64,000 nt of DNA from the human T2T-CHM13v2.0 reference genome, Homo sapiens: assembly GCF_009914755.1 (NCBI RefSeq), contig NC_060943.1; one strand, 5' to 3'. The position numbers were made by a program, and so were the translations under genes. This document shows, piece after piece, positions 46,008 through 63,099 of this stretch (the stretch's first letter is position 1; every line of letters starts with the position of its first letter). The notes under the pieces were generated by a model. The model saw only the letters and a program-made list of their open reading frames with translations. It did not search any database and was not told the DNA's origin.

Positions 46008-47439
46008 AAAGAAGTCTTTTTAAATATATATTCTGCTCAAATCACCATTTCCTTTTTTTTCTGATTCAAAGGACTTTTTCAAGATCTTTCAGGGATTATA
46101 TTTTCTTTCACCTTCTATCTGCATTCTCTTTCTTCAGCCAATTGATTAAAAAAGAGATGCAGAGAAGACACATTTGCTTCTCATCCACACATCACTTCCA
46201 CTTGCTATTAGTCATTGTGAGTAGAGCTGAGAATAGCAGCTTTCTAGCATGACAGCAACTTCTCAGAAAAAAGCAACACTCGGAAACAAAACTATAAATC
46301 TTTTCAAAAGCTAATGTATTTTAAGCAAAATAAGCAGATGCATCAATAATAAAATGCTTGTGGTAGAATCGATTTATTTTGTTGATTTCTATTGAGTTCA
46401 GATAAGATTTGACCAAAAGCTAGCAAATATAGAGCAGAAAGAAGAATATTATCTGAAATCAGAATATGGTAAATGAAGTTAATTTGTCAAAAGAAATAAG
46501 AATATTATGACCTCATGCTAATAGTCTCATCTATGGTTGTAAAACATCAAATGCTACTTTTTATTATAAACTGTAGTTCATATAAGTATTCCATTTATAT
46601 CACCCTCTTTCACTATTTCAATGTCTTCTCCACTTTGTATCAGTGGAAAACAGGTCAGCTGCTTCCAGGAAAGCAGGCAATGCTCTTCTTACTTTAACAA
46701 TGATGATGAAGAGCACTTGTTTTGGTGATACTCCCATGCCAAAAACTGTTATTTTGCCTGAAGTACTCTATATTTGTTAATAAAATAAAATTATTAACCA
46801 AGAGGAATTTATCCATTCAAGTTTTATGGAATTTTGGTTACATTTAAGTGTCTCTGACTTTCGTGGAATATTGAAATTTTTATGAATCTAAATAGAGTAC
46901 TATAAATAACCTTTTACTAAAAGACTTTTTGAAGTGGAGTGATATTTATAAAAACTTTTCATAGCATTGAAGAAATGTTTTAACCATGTTCCCAGTAACT
47001 ACTCTGAGCACAGAATTTTCCATTTTTAGAATTCGCTCTGAGTCACTCAGGGGAAATTGATATCTTTACGAATGGGCAAAAAAAGGTGCTGAGTGGAGGT
47101 GCAACACATTGCACATCAATGCTTTTCACATGCAACTACTAGGGTCTTAATTTGATTGAACTCTCATTTGCATAGCTAGACACTTACTGAATCTAGTCAT
47201 ACTATTTTTTGGCAACTAATGCCATGTTTGTTACCCATTAGTTTTATACACTTATTTGCTTGGCTGAAAAAACTTAATCTTCTCTTAATTTACTCTAAAT
47301 TGAGAGACTAGATTTACAGTCTGGGTCTATAATAGTAGTTGAATGTTTTTAATACTATTCTTGGCAAATTCTCATATATTCACATTCAAAACAGATATAA
47401 ATTTTATGAAAAGGAGTTGACAAAAAGTAAAAAATTTCA

Positions 47440-47700
47440 AATAGGTTAAGTAAGTTTTGAGATCTATTGCACAGCAGGGTAACTATAGTAAACTATAAAC
47501 TATTCTATATTTCAAAATAACTAAGAGTAAATTCCAAATGTACCACCACAAAAATGATAGGTAAGCAAGTTCATAGATATGTTATTAAATGAAACTTAAT
47601 TATTCAATATTTTATACATATACTAAAACATCACATTGTATCCCATAACTTTATGCAACTGTGATTTGCCAATCAAAAATACTAATACATTTTTTAATAA
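47440..47700 (+). mobile_element. L1MA 3' end fragment
   Basis: GAGATCTATTGCACAGCAGGGTAACTATAGT...CATCACATTGTATCCCATA. Confidence 0.7.
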
Positions 47701-50700
47701 GAAAGAGTGAAATAAGCTTTAAAATATTGCACCAGAGAAAAATGTGGCTGTTAATCTTAAAATTTTAGGAAACATATACATATATGTATATTTTATTTCA
47801 AATGGCTTGCTCATTTACAGATGTAGGTAAGTAAACTTTTAATATCATGAACAGTCAGAACCCAGCACTCAGAAATAGGCTGTTGATTTTTAATGTTCAA
47901 AATAATATAGTACTTTAAAAGACAGACTCTAAAGCAACTGTTTACAGTAAAATTCTAAGTTTTTAAACAAATGATTTCCTTCACTTGTTAGAAAAAAATT
48001 TTAATATATATTTTTAAACTATATTGAAATTTATCAAATTAACATAAATTTATTAAACAAGTAAAAAAATGTGCCTTCTTGTCTCTAATTATAAAACTGA
48101 CAGAGACTCTGCATTTAACCAAATACTTTGGTAAATGGATTTTAACAATGATATCTCTCATGACTTAAAACAGCCACTAGTTTTAATTTAGAAGTATATT
48201 AAATTTTTATATTAAAATCTAGGATTAGTCTATTATTACATAGAAAATTTGTGGTCTGCATGTACATCATCATCCATTGAATGGTCCACAGTTTCTGAGT
48301 TTCAGAAATGTTAATATAAGAATACTTCTTCTGATTGAATAATTTAAGTTTTCTCAGTAACTAAAAAAGATTGGAATTACTGATCACTCACTTATAATGT
48401 GGTTTTAAATGTTATTTAATGAAGATATATAAAGTTTCTTTTAAAATCATTTTAACAACATATTTCTCTTGCTTTTCACTTTTATTAGAAAATAAGTATG
48501 AAAATTTATGTTACCACAAGACTATAAATTTTATTTAAATCTAGACATAATGCTAATCTTAAAAGATCTGTATGTTTAAGATTATGGATAACCAATTTAC
48601 ACTTAAAAGATAAATAACTGCTTTCCAGTAAATCAAATGGGGCAATTTTGACTCTCAATTATAAGCTATTAAAATATTAATACTATCACCTATGTGGAAA
48701 TTTTAGGTATCTGCATGTTCATGTTTTTTAGCATATAATAAATCAGAAACTATAAATTTTTATAAACTATAAATAATAAACTAAAAATTTAAAGTATCAC
48801 TTTTTGTCAGTTTTGAAATACTGTCATTATTTCTAGGTGATATAACACTCAATTACAGAGGCTGTGGCTGTTGAAATTAGAAATGTCATGGTTGATTCTT
48901 CTTTACTTGCTGCCTTTTTATTTCACACAAACTCAGCAGCACAAGGAAGGCAAGAAATGCTACACCTTGATTGCAAACACACCAGTGCCTTTCAAAGGAG
49001 AATAAATGTCTGAGCATATTCTCTTGAAATTCATGGCATCTTTTGCTCAAGTACAGACTTTCATATGGAAAATAATAAAGACAATAATTTCACATGGCAA
49101 TAGCATAAGAAAAGTACTCTAAAAATACCTTCTGACCCATTATTTCTATTTTTCACAAGAATGATTGTGATGGAATGAGCATTTGCAGCACTGTGGTCAT
49201 AAATAACCCCCACTTTCTGTTGAATTATTTTTGGAATGTGACTATAAGACTTTTGTGCTTTTTTTTTGGAAAAAATATTTTATATTTCTAATTCAGTGAT
49301 TTAGCATAATTTTTAGTCTCACACTTTCAAAAATAGTTCATTCTGAAAAAAATAAGACTAAACCACTTACCACCTTTTCCCCCAAAAGAGTAACAAATTA
49401 AATCTATAGTCTACTGCACAGTTAATACATAAACGATAAAGGTGTAATTTGTTTTACCTGCACACTTGAAAATAAAACACTTTTTGGGCTATAGACCAAG
49501 AACTTTCAGAGAGGTTAGCTTATAAAATGTGAGGAGACCTGGTATAGAAACATTCACCACTATGCCTTAAGGGGTGAAAATTTGTCTTTCACCCCTAATT
49601 TCAACCATTAACCCAGAGCTGGAAAAATAGAACATGTCATTATACCAAAAAGCATTTTATTATTTTTATTTTATATTTAAGGGGTACATGTGCAGATTCG
49701 TAAAACAGGTAGACTACATGATATTGAGGTTTGAACACTTAATTATTCCATTGTCTGAGTAGTTTACATCATACCTAAGCCAATTTTCAATGCTTGTCAC
49801 CCTTCCTTCTCTTATTGTTTTCATCTTTGTTTCCATGTGCGCCCAATTTTTAGCGTCCATGTATGAGTGAGAACATGTGGCATTTGTTTTTCTGATGCAT
49901 CAGTTTGCTTAGAATAATGGCCTTCTGTTGCATTCATGTTGCGGCAAAAGACATTACTTCATTCTCTTCCATTGCTGCGTAGTATTGGAGGTTGTATAAG
50001 TACATCATTTTTCTTATCCAATAAAAGATTCATGGGCAACTGGTTTAATTCTGTTTTTGCTATTGTGAATAGTGTTGCAATGAACATGTGAGTGCTTGTG
50101 TCTCTTTGGCAAAATTATTTATTCTTTTTTGGGGCAGATACCCACTAATGGGCTAGATTAGTCAAATGGCAATTCTATTTCTAGTTCTTTGAGAAGTCTC
50201 CAAACTGCTTTGCACAGGCCCTGAATTAATTTGCATTCCCACCAACAGTGTAGAAAGATTTTCTTTTCTCTGCAACTTTAACATCTTATTTATCTTACTT
50301 TTAATAACAGTCATTCTTACTGGTGTGAAATGGTATCACACTGTCACTTTGATTTACATCTTCCTGATAATTAGGAATGTTGAGCAATTTTTACATGTTT
50401 ATTGGCAGTGCTTATGTCTTCCTTTGAGAAGAAGCTGGCTATTCATATCATTTGTTTGCTTTTTTATTAAATGGTTTATAGATTCTGCATATTAATCCTT
50501 CATTGTCGGCAGTTTGCAAATATTTTATTTCATACTGTAGGTCATCTGTTTACTTTGTTGATAGTTTCTTTCACTGTGCAGAAGTTCTTTGCCTTAATTA
50601 GATGTCATTTTTTATTTTTATTTTTGTCGCACTCATGTTCATGTTAGTCATAAATTCTTTAGAGAGGCCAATATTTTCTAAGTGTTCTTCTAAGAATTTT

Positions 50701-50954
50701 GTAGCTTGAAGACTCACAGATCAAGTCTTTAATTTATGTTGTTATTTTTTTATATAGAAAAAGGTAGGACTCCAGTTTTCTTCCACATATGACTAACAAG
50801 TTTTCCCAGTATTATTTACTGAATAGGGATTTAATTCTGTTGGCTTTGTAAAAATAACCTGGTTGTAAAGTATAGCTTAATTCAGGACTGTCTCTTCCAT
50901 TTCATTGGTCTATATGTATATTTTTGTACCAGAATCATGTTATACTGGTTACTC

Positions 50955-51197
50955 TGATGCAATCTTGGCTCACTGCAACCTCCACCTCCCAGTTCAAGTG
51001 GTTCTCTTGCCTCAGCCTCCCAAGTAGCTAGAATTACAGGCATGTGCCACCACATCTGGCTAATTTTTTGTATTTAGTAGAGACGCAGGTTTCACCGTGT
51101 TGGCCAGGGTGGTCTCAAACTTCTGACCTCAGGTGATCCATCTGTGTAAGCCTCCCAAAGGGCTGAGATGACAGGCATGAGCCACCACACTCAGCCC
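50955..51197 (-). mobile_element. Alu lacking its 3' end
   Basis: Begins at GCAATCTTGGCTCACTGCAACC with no poly-T. Confidence 0.85.
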
Positions 51198-52422
51198 AGA
51201 TTTATTCTTTTAGTTTGAAGTTGTATTGGCTATTTGAGCTCTTTAATTCTTTTGTATATATTTTAGAATAGTTTTCTTTTTCTAATTCTATAAAAAAGCA
51301 TCATGGATAGTCTGATAAAAATAGCACTTAATCTGTAGGTTGCTTTAGTCAGAATGACCATTTTAATTATATTCTTTGAATCCATCAGCATGCAATATTT
51401 TTCCATTTATTTGCATTCTCGCTCATTTCTTTCAGCAATGTTTTCTTCTTCTTTGTACAGATATTTTAGCTCCTTGATTTAATGTATTTCTTGTTTTTTT
51501 TTTTTTGTTTGTGGCTATTGTAAATAGAGCTGTGTTTTTTATTTTGTTCTGTTTGAATATTATTGGTGTATAGAAGTGCTATGCATTTGTGTTGATTTTG
51601 TATTCTGAGGTTTTTTTGGAGTCTTTTTTCAGGCTTCAGAGTCTTCTGGTGAAATCTTTAAAGTATTCTAGGTAGACAATTCTATCATCAGTAAAGATAA
51701 CTTGACTTTGTTTTCTGTTTGGATTCCTTTTATTTCTCTGGCTAGGACTTCGTAACTTCAATAGGACTGTTTAGAATGGATATTCTTGTCTTATTTTTAT
51801 TCTTATGGAGAATGCTTTCAGTTTCTGCTTTTTTAGTATGATGTTGGCTAAGGATTTGTCATAGATGACTCATTATTTTGGGGTATGTTTCATCAATGTC
51901 TAGTGTGTTGACAATATTTTTATGAGTCAATATTGGATTTTCTTGAATGCCTTTTCTGCCCCATTGTGTTAAATATTTTTTATTTTATTTTTACATGGTG
52001 ATCATACTTATTGACTTGCATATGATGAAACATCTTTGCATTTATGGAATAAAGTTCACATCATTGTAGCAAAATAACTTTCTGATTTGCTTTTGAATTC
52101 AGTTTGCTAGTATTTCATGGAGGATTATTGTTCCAATATTCACCCAGAATATTGAACTGTAGTTTCTGTTTTTGTTGTGTCTTCACTAGATTTTAGTTTC
52201 ATGTATTTCACTGATTTCATATAATTAGTTAGGGTGAAATCCCACCTTGATTTTTTGGAATACATTCAGTAGGCTTAGGACCAGCTTATCTTCGTATATG
52301 TGGTAAAACTTGTCTGTGATTTCATATGATCCAGGGCTTTTTATGATTAGTAGGTCTATTATTACTTATTAAATGTCATTATACATCTTATACATTTTTG
52401 TTGTTAAAGATTGCTGTTATTA

Positions 52423-52750
52423 GGCCAGGTGCGGTGGCTCAGGCCTGTAATCCCAGCATTTTGGGAGGACAAGGTGGGCAGATCACGAAGTAAGGAGATC
52501 GAGACCATCCTGGCTAAAATGGTGAAACCCCACCTCTACTAAAAATACAAAAAATTAGCCGGGCTTGGTGGCGGGAGCCTGTAGCCCAGCTAATTGGGAG
52601 TCTGAGGTGGGAGAATGGCATGAACCCATGAGGCAGAGCTTGCAGTGAGCCAAGATCACGCCACTGCATTCCAGCCTGGGTGACCGAGTGAGACTCCATC
52701 TCAAAAACAAAACAAAACAAAAACAAACAACAACAAAACAACAAAAAAAA
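52423..52750 (+). mobile_element. AluY
   Basis: GAGATCGAGACCATCCTGGCTAA and GAATGGCATGAACC; (AAAAC)n tail. Confidence 0.92.
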
Positions 52751-52914
52751 AGACTTCTGATTTTCTGGTTCAATCTTGAGAAGTTTTGTGCATCCGGGAG
52801 TTTATCTATTTTCTCTAAATCTTCTACTTTGCATGCATGTTCATAGAAGTCTCTGAGAATATTTTTAAATCTATGTAGAATTAGATGTGATTTCACATCT
52901 CTAACATTTAAATA

Positions 52915-55150
52915 AATGCAGAATAAGAGTTAAACAAAATTCAACATTCCTTCATGATAAATTTCTGAAAAAAGTAGGTATAGGACAAACGAACCTCAAG
53001 CCAATAAATGCCACATATAACAAACAAACAAAAAAAAGCACAGCTAATAACATACTAAACAGGGAAATCTTGTAAGCTTTTACTCTAAGAGCAAGAAGAC
53101 AAAAATGCCCACTTTCTTCAGTCTTATTAAACATAGTATGAACTATCCAAGACAGAAATATTAGAAAATAAAATCAAAGTGCTGAGATTAGAAAAATTGT
53201 TAAATTATTCCTTTGCAATTTTTTATTTCTATACATAATCTTAAGTAAACAAAAGCCTAAGACATTACTAAAAATTAGTAGGACTAATAAACAAATTTAT
53301 TGAACTTTCAGAATACAAAAGCAACATCCAAGTGTCAGTAGAATTTCTATATATTGACAACTATCTCTAAATGAAATGACAGAAATTAATACACAATTGG
53401 AAAATATTACTCCTTTATAAATTGGCATTACTAATATTGTTAAGCATCTGTATTATACAAAATGATGTACAGATATAATGCAACCTCTATCAAAATACCA
53501 GTGATATAATTAACAAATTTAAAAAACTACATCTAAAATTTATAGGGTACCACAAGAGAACCTGAATAGCCAAAGCAACCAAGCCGTAGAAAAAGTGAAG
53601 GTATCACTACCTGACTTTGAAATATATTAAAAGTTTTAGTAAAAAAAAAAAAAAAAAAGTACGGTACTTGCACAAAAACAGACACACAGGCCAGTAGAGA
53701 AGAAAAAGGAGACTAAAATATACTGATGTATTTACAGCCATCTGCTTTTTAAATAAAGGTGGCAATTTCTTAGGGAAAAGGCAGTATCTTCAATAAATGG
53801 TGTTGAGAAAACTTTATATCCACATGCAGAGGAATATAATAAGACCCTCAACTCACACCATATATAAATAAATTAGATATTTAAATAAAATAAAAACACA
53901 AAATAAATTTGATACTTAAATGTAAGGTCTAAAACTCTGAAACTACTACAAAAAATAAAGACTGAAAGCCCTGTAACATTGGTTGGGCAGTGACTTTTAA
54001 AATTTGACCTCAAGTCTCAAGGAGCAAAATGAAAAAAATAGATCAATCAGATTATTTAAATTAAAAAACTGCTGCAAAGAACATAATACAATCAACAGGA
54101 TGAGACAACCAAAAAATGGAAGGAAATATTTGCAAATCATAAATGTGACAAGGGATTAATATCAAAACTATGTAACAAACTCAAATGACTATAGAACAAA
54201 AAACAAGTAACTATTAAAAATGAGAAAAAGGCTTAAATATTTTTCAGAAAAAGACATACATATGGCCAACAGATATATTTTTAAAATGCTCAATGTCAAT
54301 TATTATCAGGGAAAGACAAGCAAAAAAAAAAAAGAAAAACGATGAGATATCAACTCGCTTCTGTTAGAATGACTCTAATTAAGAAGAAAACGTGATGGTA
54401 GAAATCTGAAGAAAAGAAAATGCTTGCACACTATTTGTTTGAATGTAAGTGAGGACAGCCATTATGAAAAACTTAATAGAGTTTTCTTAAAAAACTTAAA
54501 AATCAAACTACCATATAACAATTGCACCATTGTATATCCAAAACAAATGAAATCAGAATGAAGAAACATTTGCACTTCTAGGTTGTTTGCAGCACTCTTC
54601 ACATGTAAAATATATAAAATCAACAGTTCAACATCTAATGAGTAAATAAAGACAATGTGGTAGATATATACAATGGAATACTATTCATCTTTAAACAACA
54701 AAAATTCTGTTATTTTCAATCACAGGGATTAACCTGGAGGACATTATATTAGTTGAAATAAGCAAGGCACAGAAAGATTCATGTCTCATGATTTCACTTA
54801 CACGTGGCTTCTAAAAAAGTTCATCTCATTGACGTAGAGAGTAAAATGGTGACCACCAAGTGCCAAGGTATTTAGAAGAAATAGGGGCATTGAAAGATGT
54901 CTGTCAAAGAATATATAATTATACTTGGATAAAAGAAATAATTTCCAGAGATTTATTGTACAGCATGGTGACTATAGTTCATAATAATGCATTTGTATTT
55001 TTGAAAAATGCTTACAATTTCATGTTGTCTAACCACAAAAATGTTACCAATATGAGACAAAGCATTAATCACATAGAACTAAGCATTTGACAATGTATAT
55101 ACACTTCAAAATGTTGTTTTATAAAATAAATATTTTGTCAAGTTAAAAAT
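52915..55150 (+). mobile_element. L1MA-type 3' half, decayed
   Basis: ORF2-like AAAATTCAACATTCCTTCATGATAAA and TCTTCAATAAATGGTG; 3' UTR GATTTATTGTACAGCATGGTGACTATAGTT. Confidence 0.75.
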
Positions 55151-56830
55151 ATATTTTTAGACACTATAGAAGGATAACAATGTTCCAAATACTGTCTGTT
55201 TCTTTTATAAAACTTAGCAGTATCCTATCGTACAGTTTTTCAGCTGTTTTGCCAGTCATAACCATAGGAACGTTGATGTTCAACAGCATGTTCTGAACCC
55301 AGCACAGGGCATGGGAGAAGCCAATGACTTTAGGGCTTTTATTTTAAGCTTGCGGCACCTGGAGTTACTGGTGCTTATGGTAACAGTACGAAAGACAGGA
55401 AAAGGGCAGGTTGCTTATGCTCCCATGACTGGCCACTGTGTGATCACAGTAAACTGGTTTGCATGCAAACTCACAGGAAATGTTTTAATCCAAAAGCTGC
55501 CATTATCTCCAAAAGTTTTGAGAGAAAATGATCAAGGAGATCGCTACACTTAGGTGACCAACAATATAAACTGTAGACTAAACTTCAGCCACTAAAATTT
55601 TTATTTAAAAAGTGAGCGATACATTTCTCCAAATTGTAGTATCAATATGGAAAATAAATATTATTCCAAATTTACAGGTTATTTTATTGTTTTGCAACCT
55701 TTAACATTCACTTTAAAATAGACAATTTTGCATGGAAATGTAGGTTGTGCTCTAAGTACATCCTAAATAACTAAATTTAAAATTGCTTACTTACTATTCT
55801 CTTAAAAATTGAATCTTTATAATATACATATGGTCTAGCAAATTATGTATTTGCCACACTATGTATAAAAATCTAATATTTTTCTTTTACAAAGAAACAC
55901 CATGTTGATTTAATCCTCTCTTCGGTAGACAGTGTATGTCTTTTATGTTAATTAACCAATCTTAAAGTTATACTGATAAGCAAACTTTCCAGTTAAAACC
56001 AATGTTTCAGTGCATTAAAAAATACCGATGTTCTCCTTAAAACCTACAACATACCATGTGAAATCGCATGGCATGAAAACAACAGTGAGAAAACTGTAGC
56101 CATAACACAGAAAAAGGACTGTGATGCATATATGGTTTGAGTGCACTTAAAAAGACAAAACTTAGATAATTAAGACGTGAATGAAGCATTTCTCTTTAAA
56201 TTCAGCAAGATTCAGCTTTGCAGCCTGGAAAAAGATGTTCTGCTCACATGAAGAATCAATGTTATTTCTTCACAATTTGTATTTTCCATCTCTGACTTGA
56301 AGTTACAAACTTCAGCAGGAATATTTATGACTAATTATAAAGCATCTGTTACACACTGAGCACTGTCATGTTTGTTTGCTACATTTATATATAAAAGCAT
56401 CCACATGACTTATGAAGCTTCCCTAGTACTTACTGAAACAAATTGACTCAATAAATAAAATTTACTTTTGTTACTTATAAAAAGTTAAGGGAACAATAAC
56501 TAAAGTAAGCCTATATATGGTTCTCCCATAGAAGCTAATGGAATGTTTTAACTAAATAAAATGTAACAATACACAAATTGTGGAATTATATCTAAAAATA
56601 ATTTTGTTTGCATGATGAAATTTTACAAAAATTATTCTTTTAACTACAAATCAGCTCAGATTAAATACTTCATAAACTATAAAACAAAAAAATAAGAAAC
56701 AAAAAGATTATGGGTCTAGCATGAGTATCATGCAAGTAAAAACAAAATTTACATGGAAATATTCTAAATGATAAGCTATAAGATAGGTGTATAAATTGAA
56801 TACAAAGCAGAGAGTATACATTTGCTTTTA

Positions 56831-56970
56831 TTTTATTTTTTTAATTTTTGTATTTTTAGTAGAGACGGGGTTTAGTAGAGGTCAGGGGTCTCGATCTCCT
56901 GACCTCGTGATCCGCCCGCCTCAGCCTCCCAAAGTGCTGGGATTACAGGCGTGAGCCACCGCGCCCAGCC
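56831..56970 (-). mobile_element. AluY-like left-arm monomer with its own A tail and TSD
   Basis: TSD TACATTTGCTTTTA at 56817-56830 and 56971-56984; CpGs largely intact. Confidence 0.85.
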
Positions 56971-57902
56971 TACATTTGCTTTTAGCATTTTTGAGGATTT
57001 TTGTTTCCTAGTAAATTAGACATCTTATTAAATGCTTTGTGGTTTCAATATTCCTCTTTTCTCCTGAAAATAGTTACAAACTTACAGTCAAACAAACACA
57101 CTTACTCCTTAAACCTAAGTTATATCTTTAGACTAATAGATGTGTATATTTAACTCTATGTAAGTCAAAACTAAAACTCGATTATGTGCTTTCAGGCAGA
57201 GGCCACATGTGCAAAAAATACATAATAAATTTTTGAAAATTATTCAGGACTCAGAAATATATTGATTTTATTTACACTTATTTACAATTTTTATGATGAC
57301 CATAAAAATAACCATGTAGTCAATAACAATTTAATTGTACAATTTAGAATAACTAAGACTGTAGAATTGGTTTGTAATACAAAACATAAAAGCCAGAGGT
57401 TATAGGTACCTTATTTATCACAATGTGATTATTATATATTGTATGACTGTATCAAAATATGCCATCTATGGCATAAATGTATACACATATTATGTACACA
57501 CAAAAACTAAGAAAAATTTAAATGTAAAAAAAATTTAACCTGCAGGAACCATATTCTTTAACTTATTTGCAGTTTAAAGCCACTGAAAAAGAATACTAGA
57601 GATGTTAGTCTATTATGTTACCAAATAGTGTATTGTTACCATCTTTTAAATATACCCTTAAGTAAGGTGGAATAGGTTAAAACTAGTGGCATAATAACAC
57701 TTTATTGAATGTATAACAGTATTTAACATGTTATAAATGTTGAAATAAAAAATTAACACATAATCTAAAACTTTAAAAATGCAATTTTATCACATAAAAG
57801 TACAATTAATAAAATGACATACTAATTTAATTAATTTTAACTATAAAATATGTTATTCTCTCATAATATTCTCTCATAATACTACATTAGTACATCACTT
57901 AG

Positions 57903-58217
<315 letters not shown>

Positions 58218-58467
58218 TCATACATCACTCAATTCTATAAGTTAATCACAAATAGCCTTCCTACTTAGATTTTCATCGTGCATCTTACATTTTAATGTCC
58301 TTAGTCATCCATAAGAAATGTCATAATGACCATGTAAAAAGTCTCCCAAATCTTTGATGCAGAAAGAATTGATCACATGCTTTTATATGGGAATACAAGA
58401 GAAATTAAGAAATAGCATGAAGCAATTTAAGAGTTGAATTCCGTCATTATTCAGTTTCCAAATAAGC

Positions 58468-58763
58468 TTTTTTTTTTCTTTTGAGACAATCTCATTATCA
58501 CCCGGGCTTCAGTGCAGTGGCAAAATCTCAGCTCACTGAAACCTCTGGCTCCCAGGTTCAAGTGATTCTCATGCCTCAGCCTCCCAAGTAGCTGGGACTA
58601 CAGGTGTGCACCACCATGTTTGGCTAATTTTTGTATTTATTTTTAGTAGACATGGGGTTCCACCTTGTTGGCCAGGCTGGTCTTGAACTCCTGACCTCAG
58701 GTGATCTGCCCATCTTGGCATCACAAAGTATTGGCCTTACAGGTGTAAGCCACTGTGTCTGGC
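58468..58763 (-). mobile_element. AluS-type element
   Basis: Full antisense Alu. Confidence 0.88.
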
Positions 58764-59439
58764 AAAAAAAAAAAAAAAAAAAAAAAAATCGGTATTTTTA
58801 AGATAAAAGTATACTTTAAATGTAAATGTAACTCTTCAAAGGTCTACTTCTTTCAAAGTCATATACAAATAATTTTTCTTTTTAACAACTTTAGTTTTGG
58901 ATTTTTTCCTATACTCAGCAGTCTGATTTAGTGTAATGTCTGAAGTTTGAGAGATAGGTATTTCTACTGTGAATTATCTATATTTACATAAACAATTTTG
59001 GATTAAATATTTTTATATTTACTGTATCTGCAAAAATATATTTTAGTATAAACTCTTTTGTGTTTTATAATTCTGTAGTTTTTGTAAAAATGTTTTTCCA
59101 AATTTATTAAATTTGCACGGTCATTCAATATAAATTCCCTGATGTTTAGCAAAGTTGGAACAACTACCTAAGGTTTTCCTGTAGTACAAAATGTGTACAA
59201 TAAAATCTGTGATACAAGTAAAGGCACTACAACCCTCTTTATATTTGTAATGTTTTTCCTCAAAATAAATATTCTTCTGTATTTTAAGGGCTTTTATTTT
59301 CTGAAAGATCTAGTGACAATAATTGTACTTTTAATACTTTATTTAATATGAACTCTCTGGTGTTGAATAAGATGTGAGAAGATATTAGTGGCATTCACAA
59401 TTTTTTTTTCCCAGTCTCTCTGTTGCCCAGGCTAGTATA

Positions 59440-62295
<2,856 letters not shown>

Positions 62296-63099
62296 CTATA
62301 AAATTATTCAAACTACATAAGCAAGACGACATTGCAATATGACACAGGCCCTAATTCTTCATAGATATATAAATGTAATAAAAACATATAGACCAAAATA
62401 CATATGTGAATAATTTATACATGAGTTAAGTGTGTGCATTTCCTCAATTAAGCCCAATGCAAAGAGCCACATAGAAAACAAGAAAAGTTTGTTAAATTTA
62501 CCCAATACAACTCTTTCTGCTCCTCAATATTACCTAGTCCCTTCAGAAGCAAATTGTCCATTTCTGATTTTTTTTTTTTTTTAAGGAAAGTAAAATATTG
62601 ACACATCCAATTTAATTTTTGTCTTCTATGGCTCTTTCCACACACTGGTTTCTGTCTCTCATGACATAAAGTGCTGAAATACATGGTGGTATACTTTGAA
62701 ATGAAAGTTTGAGCCTGCTGAGATCAAAGGTAAATGCACTGCAGCAGAGCACTGCAGTGCCACAGAGAGAGTACAGGTGTACCAAGTGATTACTTTTCAG
62801 AAGAAACATAAATAGTCTCTTTTAACTAAAAATAAACACAAAATTTCAGACAAGACAAACCTGAAGATGTTTGAGAGACCCACATAATCTCTAGCCAAGA
62901 CCATTATTTTCTGACTATGCCAGGACAAAGCTACATTATAAATTTTGTGACAGGTGGCCTTTTTAAATGTCCAAATCTCAAAGATTACAGTCTATACAAA
63001 ATAGGGCAATATAATCTTATCAAAAATATTATAAAGTTTTCAGAAAGAAACCATTGAAAATGTATATACTAATTTTAAAAATTGAATAGCACTCAATGA

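Larger units (their letters stand above)
49655..52900 (-). mobile_element. Old L1 (L1PB/late-L1PA type), 3' portion, interrupted by two Alus
   Basis: Antisense 3' UTR GGGGTACATGTGCAG...TATGAGTGAGAACATGTGG followed by decayed ORF2 (LEKIDKL...FSRLNQK near 52760-52830). Confidence 0.8.

Noticed and set aside
55200-56800. Possible additional pseudogene or UTR fragment downstream of ZNF676
   Set aside because: No recognisable homology, TSD or tail that I can support by eye.
59401-59433. About 30-bp Alu 3'-end remnant
   Set aside because: Too short to classify reliably; probably a severely truncated insertion.
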